A DNA stretch of 61,932 nt from contig CALVRW010000015.1 of assembly GCA_944358795.1 (NCBI GenBank), forward strand, positions 1 to 61,932, read 5' to 3'. The notes under the pieces were generated by a model. That model was not told the DNA's origin and made no database searches. It worked only from the letters and a program-made list of their open reading frames with translations. The stretch's first letter is position 1, and each line of letters starts with the position of its first letter. Both the position numbers and the translations under genes were made by a program. Positions 1 to 9,655 of this stretch are shown here, in pieces. Origin of the DNA: an uncultured Bacilli bacterium. Its GTDB lineage: Bacteria > Bacillota_I > Bacilli_A > RF39 > UBA660.

Positions 1-401
1 CCATTTTTCATTCTTTCTTTATCTAAAACATAACCTTGAATTGTAAAAGTTTTTAAAACTTGAGTTGCCCATCTTCTAAACTGAGTGGCACGAAGCGAAT
101 TTACTCTATATCCGACTGAAATAATCGCATCCAAATTATAAAATTCAACGGTTCTTTTTACTTGCCTATTTCCTTCGAGTTGAACTAATTCCATTTTGGA
201 ATAAGTTGACTCTTTATCCAATTCTTTTTCTCGATATATATTTTTAAGATGCTTGGCAATTGCAGGTTGACCAGTATTAAATAATTCTGACATTGCTTTT
301 TGTGTCATCCATAAAGTTTCGTTTTCATAGCGCACTTGAATTCCTTTCTCTTTTTCTTCTAACTTAAAAGTAATAAATTCTTCAGCACTACTTCTAATCA
401 T
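1..401 (-). CDS. RhuM-family protein, N-terminal part (3' end runs off the window)
   Basis: Absent from the ORF track because it is cut by the window edge. My translation from ATG at 399-401 reads MIRSSAEEFITFKLEEKEKGIQVRYENETLWMTQKAMSELF...FYNLDAIISVGYRVNSLRATQFRRWATQVL. This is the same family as 18025-18570. Confidence 0.7.
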   Translation of the reverse strand, partial: MIRSSAEEFITFKLEEKEKGIQVRYENETLWMTQKAMSELFNTGQPAIAKHLKNIYREKELDKESTYSKMELVQLEGNRQVKRTVEFYNLDAIISVGYRVNSLRATQFRRWATQVLKTFTIQGYVLDKERMKN

Positions 402-700
402 TAAATCTTTTGTCACAAAATTGTCTCCTTTCCTTTTTAATATAATAAGGGGGGTACTAAATCGGTATCAAGCGGTTAATATTTGTTTTGTTTGTATTCA
501 TTTTTATTTCATTCTCGCATTAAATCAATTTCATTATAGCATACTTTTTTACAAAAGAAAAAGTAGACGTCATCTACTTTATAAATGGTAATCCATGTGA
601 TTCATTTCATTTTTTTTCAATGTATGAACATTTCTCTTTCAATTTCATATTTATATAATATGATTAATACTTCTATTCAATTATTTATTGATTCTCTTTT

Positions 701-1321
701 TTACAAGTACTTTTCCTTGAAATAAATATTCTTTTTTTCTTCTGCTTCTGGTGTAAAAACGGGATTCCAATAATCTTCTGTTTGTTTCAGTGCTTCTTCT
801 AATGTTAAACGATCATCAGGAATATAAATATCACTAGATTTAAATAAATTACCAGTTAAATCTAGTTCGAAAATTTCTTTTCCTAATAAACGATGTGACC
901 AAAAATCCAAACACGCTTGATCTGTGACCCAAATTGAATGAAGTCTACTTGGGAGCATTGGAAAAAGTTGACGGCGACAAATTTCTAATGCTGCCTCACA
1001 TTTGGTACGATTCGCATTGCTAATAATCATAAAAGCATCTTCTAATAAAGAATGAATTAATTTTGGATCTTGTTTTTCAATTCCTTCTTCTAAATAATGT
1101 TTTATTACCCAAGATAAAGAACAAGGGTCTTCATTCATTAAATAAATATTCGTATTAAAATCAGGAATTGCTCTTCCACATTTAGATATAAAATTATGAT
1201 CAACTATAAATTCATTATTTTCTTGCCATAAATCATCATATTCATTCGATTGATGAATATGAAACATGGTTTTATTTTTAACTTCCATATGTCCCTCCTT
1301 TATTTGTTGTATATTATACAC
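701..1321 (-). CDS. hypothetical protein (206 aa)
   Basis: Long ORF with no motif I can name. Confidence 0.55.
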   Translation of the reverse strand: MYNIQQIKEGHMEVKNKTMFHIHQSNEYDDLWQENNEFIVDHNFISKCGRAIPDFNTNIYLMNEDPCSLSWVIKHYLEEGIEKQDPKLIHSLLEDAFMIISNANRTKCEAALEICRRQLFPMLPSRLHSIWVTDQACLDFWSHRLLGKEIFELDLTGNLFKSSDIYIPDDRLTLEEALKQTEDYWNPVFTPEAEEKKNIYFKEKYL

Positions 1322-1419
1322 ATAGCAGTTTTGTTGTCAAGTACATAACTAATTCCAAATTATGATTGTCTTTTTTTAGAATTTATTTTATGCTATTATT
1401 ATAATGAAAGGATGATTTT

Positions 1420-1884
1420 ATGATTCGTATCTGTTTTGTCTGTCTTGGAAATATTTGTAGATCTCCAATGGCCGAATTTATTTTTAAAAATATGATTAAA
1501 ATGGAAAATTTAGAAAATAAGATTTCAGTTGAATCTAGAGGTACAAGTGATGAAGAATTAGGTAATCCTGTTCATCCAGGAACAATAAGAGAATTAAAAC
1601 TACATCATATTCCATATCAAAATAGAACTGCAATTAACCTAAAGAAAGATGACTATCAGAAGTTTGATTATTTTATCGGTATGGAATCTTACAATTGTCA
1701 AATAATGCGGCAATTATTTTTAGGTAATTCTGAATTAAAAATTCACCGACTACTTGATTTTTCACCACTAAAAAAAGATATTGCTGATCCATGGTATACG
1801 AGCAACTTTTCTTTGACCTATCAAGAAATTGAAATGGGTTGTAAATATTTCCTTGAATATTTAATCAAAAAAGAGAATTTATGA
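1420..1884 (+). CDS. low-molecular-weight protein-tyrosine phosphatase
   Basis: N-terminal CLGNICRSP (C-X5-R-S P-loop) and a DPWY Asp loop. RBS aaaggatg lies upstream. Confidence 0.85.
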   Translation: MIRICFVCLGNICRSPMAEFIFKNMIKMENLENKISVESRGTSDEELGNPVHPGTIRELKLHHIPYQNRTAINLKKDDYQKFDYFIGMESYNCQIMRQLFLGNSELKIHRLLDFSPLKKDIADPWYTSNFSLTYQEIEMGCKYFLEYLIKKENL

Positions 1885-2111
1885 ACTGATTCTCTTTTTA
1901 TGTTTTTCAAGTTTCTATTACGATTTTACTTCATTCTTTTTTTCTTATTAAAATAATGAATTGCTACCATCATTTGTATATCATTGCTTTATTTCTTTTC
2001 TGTTTTCATTTTTAAAGCTATATCAGAATACATATCCTGTTTGTTTATTGTATCTATACCAACTAATTTAGAATGATTTGTGATTGTTTTTCTATATTAT
2101 CACTTCGTTAA

Positions 2112-3164
2112 TTATTTTACTCTTTTTAATTGATATTCTTTTATTTTCTCTATAATAACTGGGTAAAATTCATCAATCGTTTGATAATCATTTCTTTGAT
2201 TCTCATATTCACATAAACTATCGATAATTGGTTCCATATAAATAAAACCATTTTCTTTTTCTTGCTCTACAATTTGTTGTCCCCATTTTTCATTACCATA
2301 CATATTTATAACATAACGCACTTCTAAAGCTCTAATGATATGTTCATTCAAAATATGAGTATCATATGGATATGCCTGTTTTTTCATATTTTCTCTAATA
2401 TCATCAAATAAATTAGTTTTTTCTGTAACAATTCCTAATCGACTAGTGATAGGATCAATATATGCATGACTAAACTCATGAAAAGGATTATAAAGCGTTA
2501 ATTCTTCTTTTCCACTATTATTAAATAAATCATTGGATTTCATCTCACGAAATATTGGAAAACAATCATAAACTTCATTATTATTATCACAACAAAATCC
2601 CCCATTCGTAATACAAGGTGTTAAGTTCACAATTAGTTTTTTACTCAATCGATAACCGTAATACTTTTCAAAGTAACTAAATAAATTATATTTTTGAAAA
2701 GCAGATGATGCTGCAACAACCCATTTTTTATATAAATCTCTATGTTCATTATAAAATTCGTCAAACCTAATTTCTAATCTAAATTTATTTAATTCATTAA
2801 TAAAATCATAAATAGATTCATCACTTTGTAATCTTTCTTTGTAACAATAATCTGTTAATTTATCTACTTTTAAATTTTCATCCAATTGTAAAAACAAATC
2901 CAATGGTGCGTCATAATTAAACCCATGAGTATCTACGATTCTCTCAAAATCTTTTATCACTTTATGATTGCTAAATTTTTGAAATCGTTTGATAATTTCA
3001 TCCACATAAAATTGATTTCCATACTTCTGAAATAAAATATCATATTTTTGATGATAATTACTAATCCACATAATAATCCCTAATAATTCTGTTCTATAAT
3101 CTACTTCAATATTAATATCATTTACTTGTATATTGACACTCTCCATATTATTTTTTCCTTTCAT
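2112..3164 (-). CDS. hypothetical protein with HExxH-like motif (HEFSH), possible metallopeptidase
   Basis: 350-aa ORF with HEFSHAY. The family assignment (DUF4932-like) is from memory only. Confidence 0.55.
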   Translation of the reverse strand: MKGKNNMESVNIQVNDINIEVDYRTELLGIIMWISNYHQKYDILFQKYGNQFYVDEIIKRFQKFSNHKVIKDFERIVDTHGFNYDAPLDLFLQLDENLKVDKLTDYCYKERLQSDESIYDFINELNKFRLEIRFDEFYNEHRDLYKKWVVAASSAFQKYNLFSYFEKYYGYRLSKKLIVNLTPCITNGGFCCDNNNEVYDCFPIFREMKSNDLFNNSGKEELTLYNPFHEFSHAYIDPITSRLGIVTEKTNLFDDIRENMKKQAYPYDTHILNEHIIRALEVRYVINMYGNEKWGQQIVEQEKENGFIYMEPIIDSLCEYENQRNDYQTIDEFYPVIIEKIKEYQLKRVK

Positions 3165-3214
3165 TCAACTACAAAACACTTCATTCATAATAACATGAGT
3201 GACTGCTTCTTTGT

Positions 3215-3748
3215 TTATAAAGTAGTCTCTTTTTTTGGTATCGTAAACTTTGTCATATCGTTTTTTTCTAGTTCTAGTAGTTTTATTTTATTTTGAATAC
3301 CACCACCATAACCTGTTAAGCTTCCATTTATTCCAACAACCCTATGACATGGAATAATGATACAAATAGGATTCCAGCCAACTGCTCCACCTACTGCTTG
3401 AGCAGACATTTTACGAATTCCTTTTCTTTTTGCTATTTCTTTGGCAATATCGTTATAAGTAATTACTTTTCCGTATGGAATTTGATTCATAATATCGATT
3501 ACCATACTTCTAAATGGAGTTAAATTTTCTATTTTATAATTTGGTGTAAAGTTAGGTTTTTCCCCACAAAAATAGATATCTAACCATTTACTAGTCTCAT
3601 CAAAAATAGGTAATTCTTGAATGGTATATTCACCAGTATGTTTAGAAGAATCTCTTGAACCTTCAAACCATAATCCTGTTAAATATTCTCCATCACTACT
3701 CATATAGATTACACCAAGTGGGGAATGATATGCTTTTCTATACATCAT
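3215..3748 (-). CDS. ogt: methylated-DNA--protein-cysteine methyltransferase
   Basis: Active-site IPCHRVV motif and a C-terminal DNA-binding domain pattern. Confidence 0.85.
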   Translation of the reverse strand: MMYRKAYHSPLGVIYMSSDGEYLTGLWFEGSRDSSKHTGEYTIQELPIFDETSKWLDIYFCGEKPNFTPNYKIENLTPFRSMVIDIMNQIPYGKVITYNDIAKEIAKRKGIRKMSAQAVGGAVGWNPICIIIPCHRVVGINGSLTGYGGGIQNKIKLLELEKNDMTKFTIPKKETTL

Positions 3749-3850
3749 TTTATTTTCTCCTTCTTTAATAGCAACTCTAGTTCCAACAAAACATCTTGGT
3801 ATGCTAGACGCGAATCATGTTCAATTTCAGCATAAGTGTTAAAAATACAT

Positions 3851-4290
3851 TTACACCAAACTTTTCATATAATATCTTGTTTCTGTTTCATCTATAATCG
3901 AAAAGCCTAATTTTTTATAAAGAGAAATTGCTCGTTTATTTAACTTATACACCCATAAATAGACAATATCATGTTCCATTAATACTTGTTTTAAATTCTT
4001 GTTCCAATTCCATTATTTCTATTATTTTCTTCTAAATATAGTTCATTTATTAATAAGCCATCATCTTTATTTTCAATGCATAAACACCCTACTTTATGGT
4101 GATTTACCTCTATCATTTTATAATGTTCTAAATGTTCATAAACTTGATTTTTAACGTACTGATTGATTTGTTCTTTTTCCTCTTTTGTTAGTTTACCAGC
4201 ATATTCAAAAATGTTACTTAACTCATAGTCAATTAATTTTGACATATCCTGTTTTGTTGCTTTTTTTAATTCATAATTCATTATTATCAC
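3851..4290 (-). pseudogene. GNAT N-acetyltransferase split by a frameshift
   Basis: ORF 3991-4290 ends at ...NNGIGTRI*. Another frame immediately continues LKQVLMEHDIVYLWVYKLNKRAISLYKKLGFSIIDETETRYYMKSLV*, the typical GNAT C-terminus. Confidence 0.6.
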
Positions 4291-4297
4291 TCTTTTT

Positions 4298-4699
4298 TTA
4301 TTTATTTCTTTGTTTTATATATTGTTTTACGAGTGGGATTCTTATTGTATCTTTTTCTCTTGTACTCATTTCTAAGTATTCTAAATATTCTTCTATATTT
4401 TGTAAATAATAATTTCCTACTTTTTCAGGCTGATAGTTCAGATTCTCTTTCTTTCCATCACATACACACTCTATTTTATCTGTTACTTCATACCAATCAT
4501 TTCCCTTTGGTTTTAACTGATAGTTCTTTTTTAATTCTTCCAATCCTAAATCTGTCACTGCAATATCTAAATCTCCAGCATCAGGATAAATATCTCTTAA
4601 TACTAAAGCACTAGAAGATAGAATCCAATATTCCTCTACATCTAGTTTTAAAGAAGATAGTAATTCTAATAGTTCTGTTTTATTCATTCTTTTTTCCAT
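4298..4699 (-). CDS. hypothetical protein, possible nucleotidyltransferase fold
   Basis: 133-aa ORF with a GDLDIAV-type motif. The functional call is weak. Confidence 0.45.
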   Translation of the reverse strand: MEKRMNKTELLELLSSLKLDVEEYWILSSSALVLRDIYPDAGDLDIAVTDLGLEELKKNYQLKPKGNDWYEVTDKIECVCDGKKENLNYQPEKVGNYYLQNIEEYLEYLEMSTREKDTIRIPLVKQYIKQRNK

Positions 4700-4736
4700 A
4701 CTAAATATTCCTTTCTCACATATTCTTTTTCTAGTT

Positions 4737-6188
4737 CTAAACTTCCAATTTTTTTACTTTTTCTTTTCCTTGTTCCATCACACGATTCATTGATTCTTGT
4801 CTTTGATATAACAGATTTAATTTCTTTTTCAAATCTGTTTCTAAGGTTTCAAATTGTTCCTGTATCTTTCTTACTTCAGGAAAATCATATGATCCATATT
4901 CTAATAAAAATTCATTTTTTAAGGATTGTAGTTGTTCTATCGAATCTTCATAAACATTTGAAGATACTTCTAATGCTTTTTGTTCACTAGATAATTGCTC
5001 TACAATCTTTTCTGCATTAAAATATGCGACTTGGTTTTCTTTATCCTTTCCTAAATTTCTCATTCCTCGTATTCCATAGTTTGTAAATACTGCTCCTAAG
5101 AAAATATCAAACATCGATACTTTCTTCTTAAAAAAGCGAGAGATTCCAAATCCAGTTATCAAAGTACTCGTAATGATTTTTCCGAATGTTTTAAAGATTC
5201 CTCTTTTTTTCTTTTTAGATAGTACTTGTTCATTCATTTTTTCCATTAACTGTTGTTGCTTTCTAATTTTAAGAACTAGTTCTTGTTTTAATAACTCATT
5301 TTTTGTAAGAATCGCTTCTTTTTTATGATGAATAGTTTCTTTTGTTTGATTTTGTTTCGTATAACATTCATTTTTTAACATTACACACGCATCAAATGTT
5401 TTTCTAATTTTTTCGTTCTTTTGGTAGGGAGTCATTTTTGATTGAAGTTGTTCTAATTTTTCAATTGTTTGATCAAAGTTAGTGGAAGTCATCGATTGTT
5501 TAATATGATTTAGTTCTTGTTCAAAAGAATGATTTAACATTCGTATTTTTTCTTCTTCTAAATCTATTCCACCTTTTTTCTTTTGTTCTAAAATCGGTTC
5601 TTGTATTTTTTGATTCACGATTTGTTCTTGTTGTTCTAATCTTTTTTTTGTTTGTTTTTGTGTTGTTTCAATTGCGGTAATTTTTTCCTTACTTTCTGTA
5701 ATTTTTTTCTGGTTATCAGTCTTTTCTTTTTTCTTATTTTTCTTTTCTATCTCATTTAACTCTTTTTTTACCTCTTCTAATGTTTTTTGTTGTTGATTTT
5801 GTTTCTCTTGTATTTTTACCAAGGTTTCTTTTTGAGCAATTGCTTGTTTTTTTGTTTCTATCTTTTTTGTGTTTTCTTTTTTGACTTCTATTTTTAAAAA
5901 GTTCGTTTCTTCCTGTAAAGCTTGTAACTTCTTATCAATTTGGAGTAATTGTTTTTCTTCTTTTTTCTTTGGTAACAAAATTGTTTCTACTACTCCTAAA
6001 AATAATCCAATTACTGTCAAACAAATTACTTTTGGTTTAGAATATGTTTTAATCTGTTGTTCTTTTTTTCTCGCTTCTTCTGTTCTTTTTTTACATATTT
6101 TTTCTTCTTCTTGTTTTTTCTTTTTTTGCTGTTTTAAATTTCTAAGCCAGAGAAAAAAGCGATTTTTTCTACTTCCTCGTTCCCCCAT
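4737..6188 (-). CDS. K/E/Q-rich coiled-coil membrane protein
   Basis: 483 aa with a basic N-terminus and a hydrophobic segment (VICLTVIGLFLGVV). Long charged heptad-like stretches follow, then a second hydrophobic patch (FKTFGKIITSTLITGFGI). Confidence 0.6.
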   Translation of the reverse strand: MGERGSRKNRFFLWLRNLKQQKKKKQEEEKICKKRTEEARKKEQQIKTYSKPKVICLTVIGLFLGVVETILLPKKKEEKQLLQIDKKLQALQEETNFLKIEVKKENTKKIETKKQAIAQKETLVKIQEKQNQQQKTLEEVKKELNEIEKKNKKKEKTDNQKKITESKEKITAIETTQKQTKKRLEQQEQIVNQKIQEPILEQKKKGGIDLEEEKIRMLNHSFEQELNHIKQSMTSTNFDQTIEKLEQLQSKMTPYQKNEKIRKTFDACVMLKNECYTKQNQTKETIHHKKEAILTKNELLKQELVLKIRKQQQLMEKMNEQVLSKKKKRGIFKTFGKIITSTLITGFGISRFFKKKVSMFDIFLGAVFTNYGIRGMRNLGKDKENQVAYFNAEKIVEQLSSEQKALEVSSNVYEDSIEQLQSLKNEFLLEYGSYDFPEVRKIQEQFETLETDLKKKLNLLYQRQESMNRVMEQGKEKVKKLEV

Positions 6189-6274
6189 AATATCACCTAT
6201 TCAGTATTATACCATATAAAATGTTGTTACTCTCTTTTTTATTCTAGACAAAGAAAAAGAAGATTGCTCTTCTT

Positions 6275-7939
6275 TTAACTAATAATACTTACTAATGTAA
6301 TTTTTGCGTATCCATTTCCAGTATTACCTGTAATGTTTCCACTACCTCTTGGGTTTGGCATTGAAGCATTACCTGCAATCATAGAAGTGCTTGTAAACTT
6401 TTTACCAGAATAATGGACTGGTGAAGCGGTATGTTTTCCAGTACTATCAATTGCGTTACATCCATTATGACCAGAGATGAATGACGATCCTCCAGCTCCA
6501 GAACTAACACCACTATTGATGTAACCGCCTCCTCCGCCACCGTAGTAGCCTCCTCCGCCACCACTTCCGTGTCCGGCTTCAGAGTTTCCACCGATTCCAA
6601 ATATACCAGCACCACCATTATTAGTAGCACCTTTTCCTCCTGCTGTTTGAGTTCCACCAGTTGCTAAAGTATGAGATGCACTTCCAGAATTTAATATTCC
6701 AGCTCCTCCTGTAAGTGCTCCTCCATATCCTCCAACTGCAGCATTGGTATAATTTGATGCTCCAGCTCCACCAGCAGCTACCATGATTCGACTACGAAGT
6801 CCCATTGTATCATTCCAATAACCATTTACTAATCGAATATCAGTGGCTCCTCCTCCAGAACCTCCACCTTGGTAGGCATTTCCTCCAGAACCACCACCAT
6901 TAAAGGTATCCGTAGCTGGATTAGAAGCTGATCCATTGTATCCTTTTTCTCCTACATAAATATATACTTTTTCATTGGCATCCAAAGTCATAATTCCTGA
7001 AGTATAAGCACCTTTTCCTCCTGCTACTAATGTACCAGTTCCATTGGTATTTGGATAACTTGATCCACCTTGTGCTCCCCATAATTCAAATTTATATGAA
7101 CCTTTTACAGGCGTTGTAAATTCTTGTTCTGATGACTTATAATCAAAATTATTATTGGTATTGATTTTAATAACCGTACGCGTTCTTTGAGAAATTGTTT
7201 TTCCATCCTCTACTAAATTATAAATTAACTGATAGGTTCCTGATGCCGTTCCCACACTACCTATTATTTTTACACGAGAATCATTTTCAACTGTACTACC
7301 ATCTTTTTTTCTAACATAATAACCTGGTTCTGTATAGGTTTTATCTTGTAATACAATTTGACTATTTCCCTTTAAGAATAATTGTTCTGTTGTTTCTATA
7401 TCACTAATATTAAGATCCCCGACTGATGATTCTAAACTATTATATAAATAAACAACACGAACACCATAATCACCTTTTACTAAAGGGTGTGTCACAGGAA
7501 TATCAATGGTAATCATGGAATCTTTTTTTCCATGTTCCACATTTAAAAAGGTTTCATTTGTAATTTTTACTTTTCCATAACTACTTCCACTTACTAATTT
7601 GGTTGTATAATCTCCATAGTGAAAGGTATTACTTACTTTATCAAAGCTAAGTGTCTTAACAGAATCATCTTCAAAGGTAAAACTAAGACAGTTATCTCCT
7701 GTTTGACATTTTGCCGCAATTTTTATCTTTTGTTCTTCAAAGCTCTCTGCTACTTTTTTTGTCATCAAACCTTGTTTAATTAACAATTCCGTTTTTAATC
7801 CATCTTTTACATATAATTCTTTTAAATTTAATACAATTTGAAATAAAATTAAAACAATTACGAGTGTCAAACTAAATGACACTGTAAGTTCCACAATTGT
7901 AAATCCTCTTCTATTTTTTATAATCCCATTTTTATTCAT
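6275..7939 (-). CDS. type IV pilin-like protein with C-terminal glycine-rich domain
   Basis: N-terminus is KNRRG|FTIVELTVSFSLTLVIVLILF (prepilin cleavage/methylation motif). The C-terminal ~270 aa carry repeated GGxGG blocks (ELWGAQGGSS...GGKGAY...GGGSGGGATD...GGGGGYYGGGGGGY). Confidence 0.75.
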   Translation of the reverse strand: MNKNGIIKNRRGFTIVELTVSFSLTLVIVLILFQIVLNLKELYVKDGLKTELLIKQGLMTKKVAESFEEQKIKIAAKCQTGDNCLSFTFEDDSVKTLSFDKVSNTFHYGDYTTKLVSGSSYGKVKITNETFLNVEHGKKDSMITIDIPVTHPLVKGDYGVRVVYLYNSLESSVGDLNISDIETTEQLFLKGNSQIVLQDKTYTEPGYYVRKKDGSTVENDSRVKIIGSVGTASGTYQLIYNLVEDGKTISQRTRTVIKINTNNNFDYKSSEQEFTTPVKGSYKFELWGAQGGSSYPNTNGTGTLVAGGKGAYTSGIMTLDANEKVYIYVGEKGYNGSASNPATDTFNGGGSGGNAYQGGGSGGGATDIRLVNGYWNDTMGLRSRIMVAAGGAGASNYTNAAVGGYGGALTGGAGILNSGSASHTLATGGTQTAGGKGATNNGGAGIFGIGGNSEAGHGSGGGGGYYGGGGGGYINSGVSSGAGGSSFISGHNGCNAIDSTGKHTASPVHYSGKKFTSTSMIAGNASMPNPRGSGNITGNTGNGYAKITLVSIIS

Positions 7940-8023
7940 ACAGAATCCTCGCTATTCTTTAATCATTATATACTATTTTAGTATTCTTTTTCAAGTAGCG
8001 AAACAAGAAAAAAAGAATAGTAA

Positions 8024-8233
8024 TTATTCTTTTGGTGGTTTATATTCTAATACATCATCGATGTTACAACCCATAACATAACAAAGTTTAGCTAAAACAT
8101 CCATATCTACCTTTGTTAATGGTGCATTATTATAATAAGATTTTACTGTTTGATGTTTGAGTCCTGTTTCTTTACTAAGTTCATAAACACTAACTTCTCT
8201 AGCATCCATAATTTCTTTAATTTTAATATTCAT
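8024..8233 (-). CDS. XRE-family helix-turn-helix regulator
   Basis: MNIKIKEIMDAREVSVYELSKETGLKHQTVKSYYNN has the HTH_3 pattern. I prefer the internal Met over the track start at 8302. Confidence 0.65.
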   Translation of the reverse strand: MNIKIKEIMDAREVSVYELSKETGLKHQTVKSYYNNAPLTKVDMDVLAKLCYVMGCNIDDVLEYKPPKE

Positions 8234-8350
8234 TTTACCATAATCTTTATATTCAGCTATTTTTCTTTTTACACCTACTGTTTTCCTACTCAAACATATC
8301 ACCTCAAATTCACTTTTATTTTAACATGTTTCCACTTTCAAAAATATTCC

Positions 8351-8379
8351 TTGCGATGGTGCCATTATGATGGTATAAT
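8351..8379 (+). promoter_or_regulatory. sigma-70-type promoter for 8399-8653
   Basis: TTGCGA (8351-8356), a 17-nt spacer, then extended -10 TGgTATAAT (8372-8379). Confidence 0.5.
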
Positions 8380-8398
8380 TATCACAGGAGGTGAACAC

Positions 8399-8653
8399 AT
8401 GCCTGTAAAACACCATTATACTACACTTGAAAAAGAGGCAGATAGAATTACATTGTTGTTAATTAAAAACCGCCGTACTGATAAAGATATGTTTACTCTA
8501 ATTGAAGAATTTATGGATCCTAAATTTAAAGAGGATGCCGTTACGATAAAAAGCCTAATTCCAACTTTTCTAGCAAGACATTTTTATTATGAAATTCAAT
8601 CGATTGACCCTTTTCGTATTCGTTCGTTCAAAATAAAAACTTCACGTTATTAA
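8399..8653 (+). CDS. hypothetical small protein (84 aa)
   Basis: Strong RBS caGGAGGTgaacac before ATG at 8399. The upstream part of the track ORF (8150-) lies antisense to the XRE gene. Confidence 0.55.
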   Translation: MPVKHHYTTLEKEADRITLLLIKNRRTDKDMFTLIEEFMDPKFKEDAVTIKSLIPTFLARHFYYEIQSIDPFRIRSFKIKTSRY

Positions 8654-8664
8654 TTCGTGAAGTT

Positions 8665-9159
8665 TTATTTAATTGTTCCAAATCGATTAAATGGAAATAA
8701 AGAGAAATTCGTTGTTCCTAAAATATCTTCTTTCTTTACCAAACCAATGGTTCTACTATCAGTAGAATTCATTCGATTATCCCCCATAACAAAATAATAA
8801 TCATCCGGTATTTTATCATATCCTAATTCTTCTAATTTAAAATTTCCTGTTTTTCCATGTTGAAATGTTTCTTTTACTTCTTTTTTATTAATATAAAGTT
8901 TTCCATTTTGATAAGAGACATAATCTCCAGGTAAACCCACAATCCGTTTTACTAATTTAGTACCATGATAATCTAATACCACAATTTGAAATCGTTTATA
9001 ACTATGATCCCATTTGTTTAACAGTAATATTTGTTTATCTTCTAACGTTGGTACCATCGAAGTTCCTTGTACTCGTACTGGTGTAATTAGAAAAATACGA
9101 ATGAGTACTACTACAGCTATGATAATGATATAAGGAATACATTCTTTTAATAATTTCAC
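8665..9159 (-). CDS. lepB: signal peptidase I
   Basis: GTSMVPTL (Ser box), KRIVGLPGD (Lys box) and GDNRMNSTDSR. Confidence 0.85.
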   Translation of the reverse strand: MKLLKECIPYIIIIAVVVLIRIFLITPVRVQGTSMVPTLEDKQILLLNKWDHSYKRFQIVVLDYHGTKLVKRIVGLPGDYVSYQNGKLYINKKEVKETFQHGKTGNFKLEELGYDKIPDDYYFVMGDNRMNSTDSRTIGLVKKEDILGTTNFSLFPFNRFGTIK

Positions 9160-9198
9160 TAGCCCCTCCTTAAGAAAAAATAAGACGGTAACGCCTTA

Positions 9199-9546
9199 TT
9201 AATTTCTTTCTTTAATTTTAATTTGTTTAACAGAATTTCTAAGGTAACCTAATTTAGCTTGTCTTACACTACCTTTTCTATCAACGTTAATGTAATCAAT
9301 GATAGGTGTATTCATTGGGAATGTTCTTTCTACTCCAACACCGTTAGATACTTTTCTAACGATAAAGTTTTTACTAATTCCACTACCTTGAATTGCCATA
9401 ACAATTCCCTTAAATTCTTGGATTCTTTCTTTGTTTCCTTCTTTTACCTTAACTCCAACAGTAATAGTATCTCCTACTTGGAACGCTGGTAAATCAGTTC
9501 TAATTTGTTTTTTTGTAACTGTTTCAATTAAATTCATTTCGTTCAC
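9199..9546 (-). CDS. rplS: 50S ribosomal protein L19
   Basis: Classic L19 sequence, 115 aa, downstream of trmD. Confidence 0.95.
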   Translation of the reverse strand: MNEMNLIETVTKKQIRTDLPAFQVGDTITVGVKVKEGNKERIQEFKGIVMAIQGSGISKNFIVRKVSNGVGVERTFPMNTPIIDYINVDRKGSVRQAKLGYLRNSVKQIKIKERN

Positions 9547-9624
9547 GCTTCCTTTCTTTTTCTAAACTATAATCATTCACTAATTGTTACAAGGATTAGT
9601 CAGCGGATTAAGTCGACGTTTTAA

Positions 9625-9653
9625 ATTATAACATAAAACAAGTTGGGATGCAA
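9625..9653 (-). promoter_or_regulatory. promoter upstream of rplS (followed by a ~75-nt leader)
   Basis: Minus strand reads TTGCAT, a 17-nt spacer, then TATAAT (attata at 9625-9630, atgcaa at 9648-9653). The leader could be an L19-type leader, but I could not fold it convincingly. Confidence 0.45.
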
Positions 9654-9655
9654 GA

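Noticed and set aside
6379-6657. A 92-aa ORF in another frame inside the glycine-rich gene.
   Set aside because: It is an alternate-frame artefact of the GGN-rich repeats. It has no RBS and is nested entirely within a well-supported CDS.
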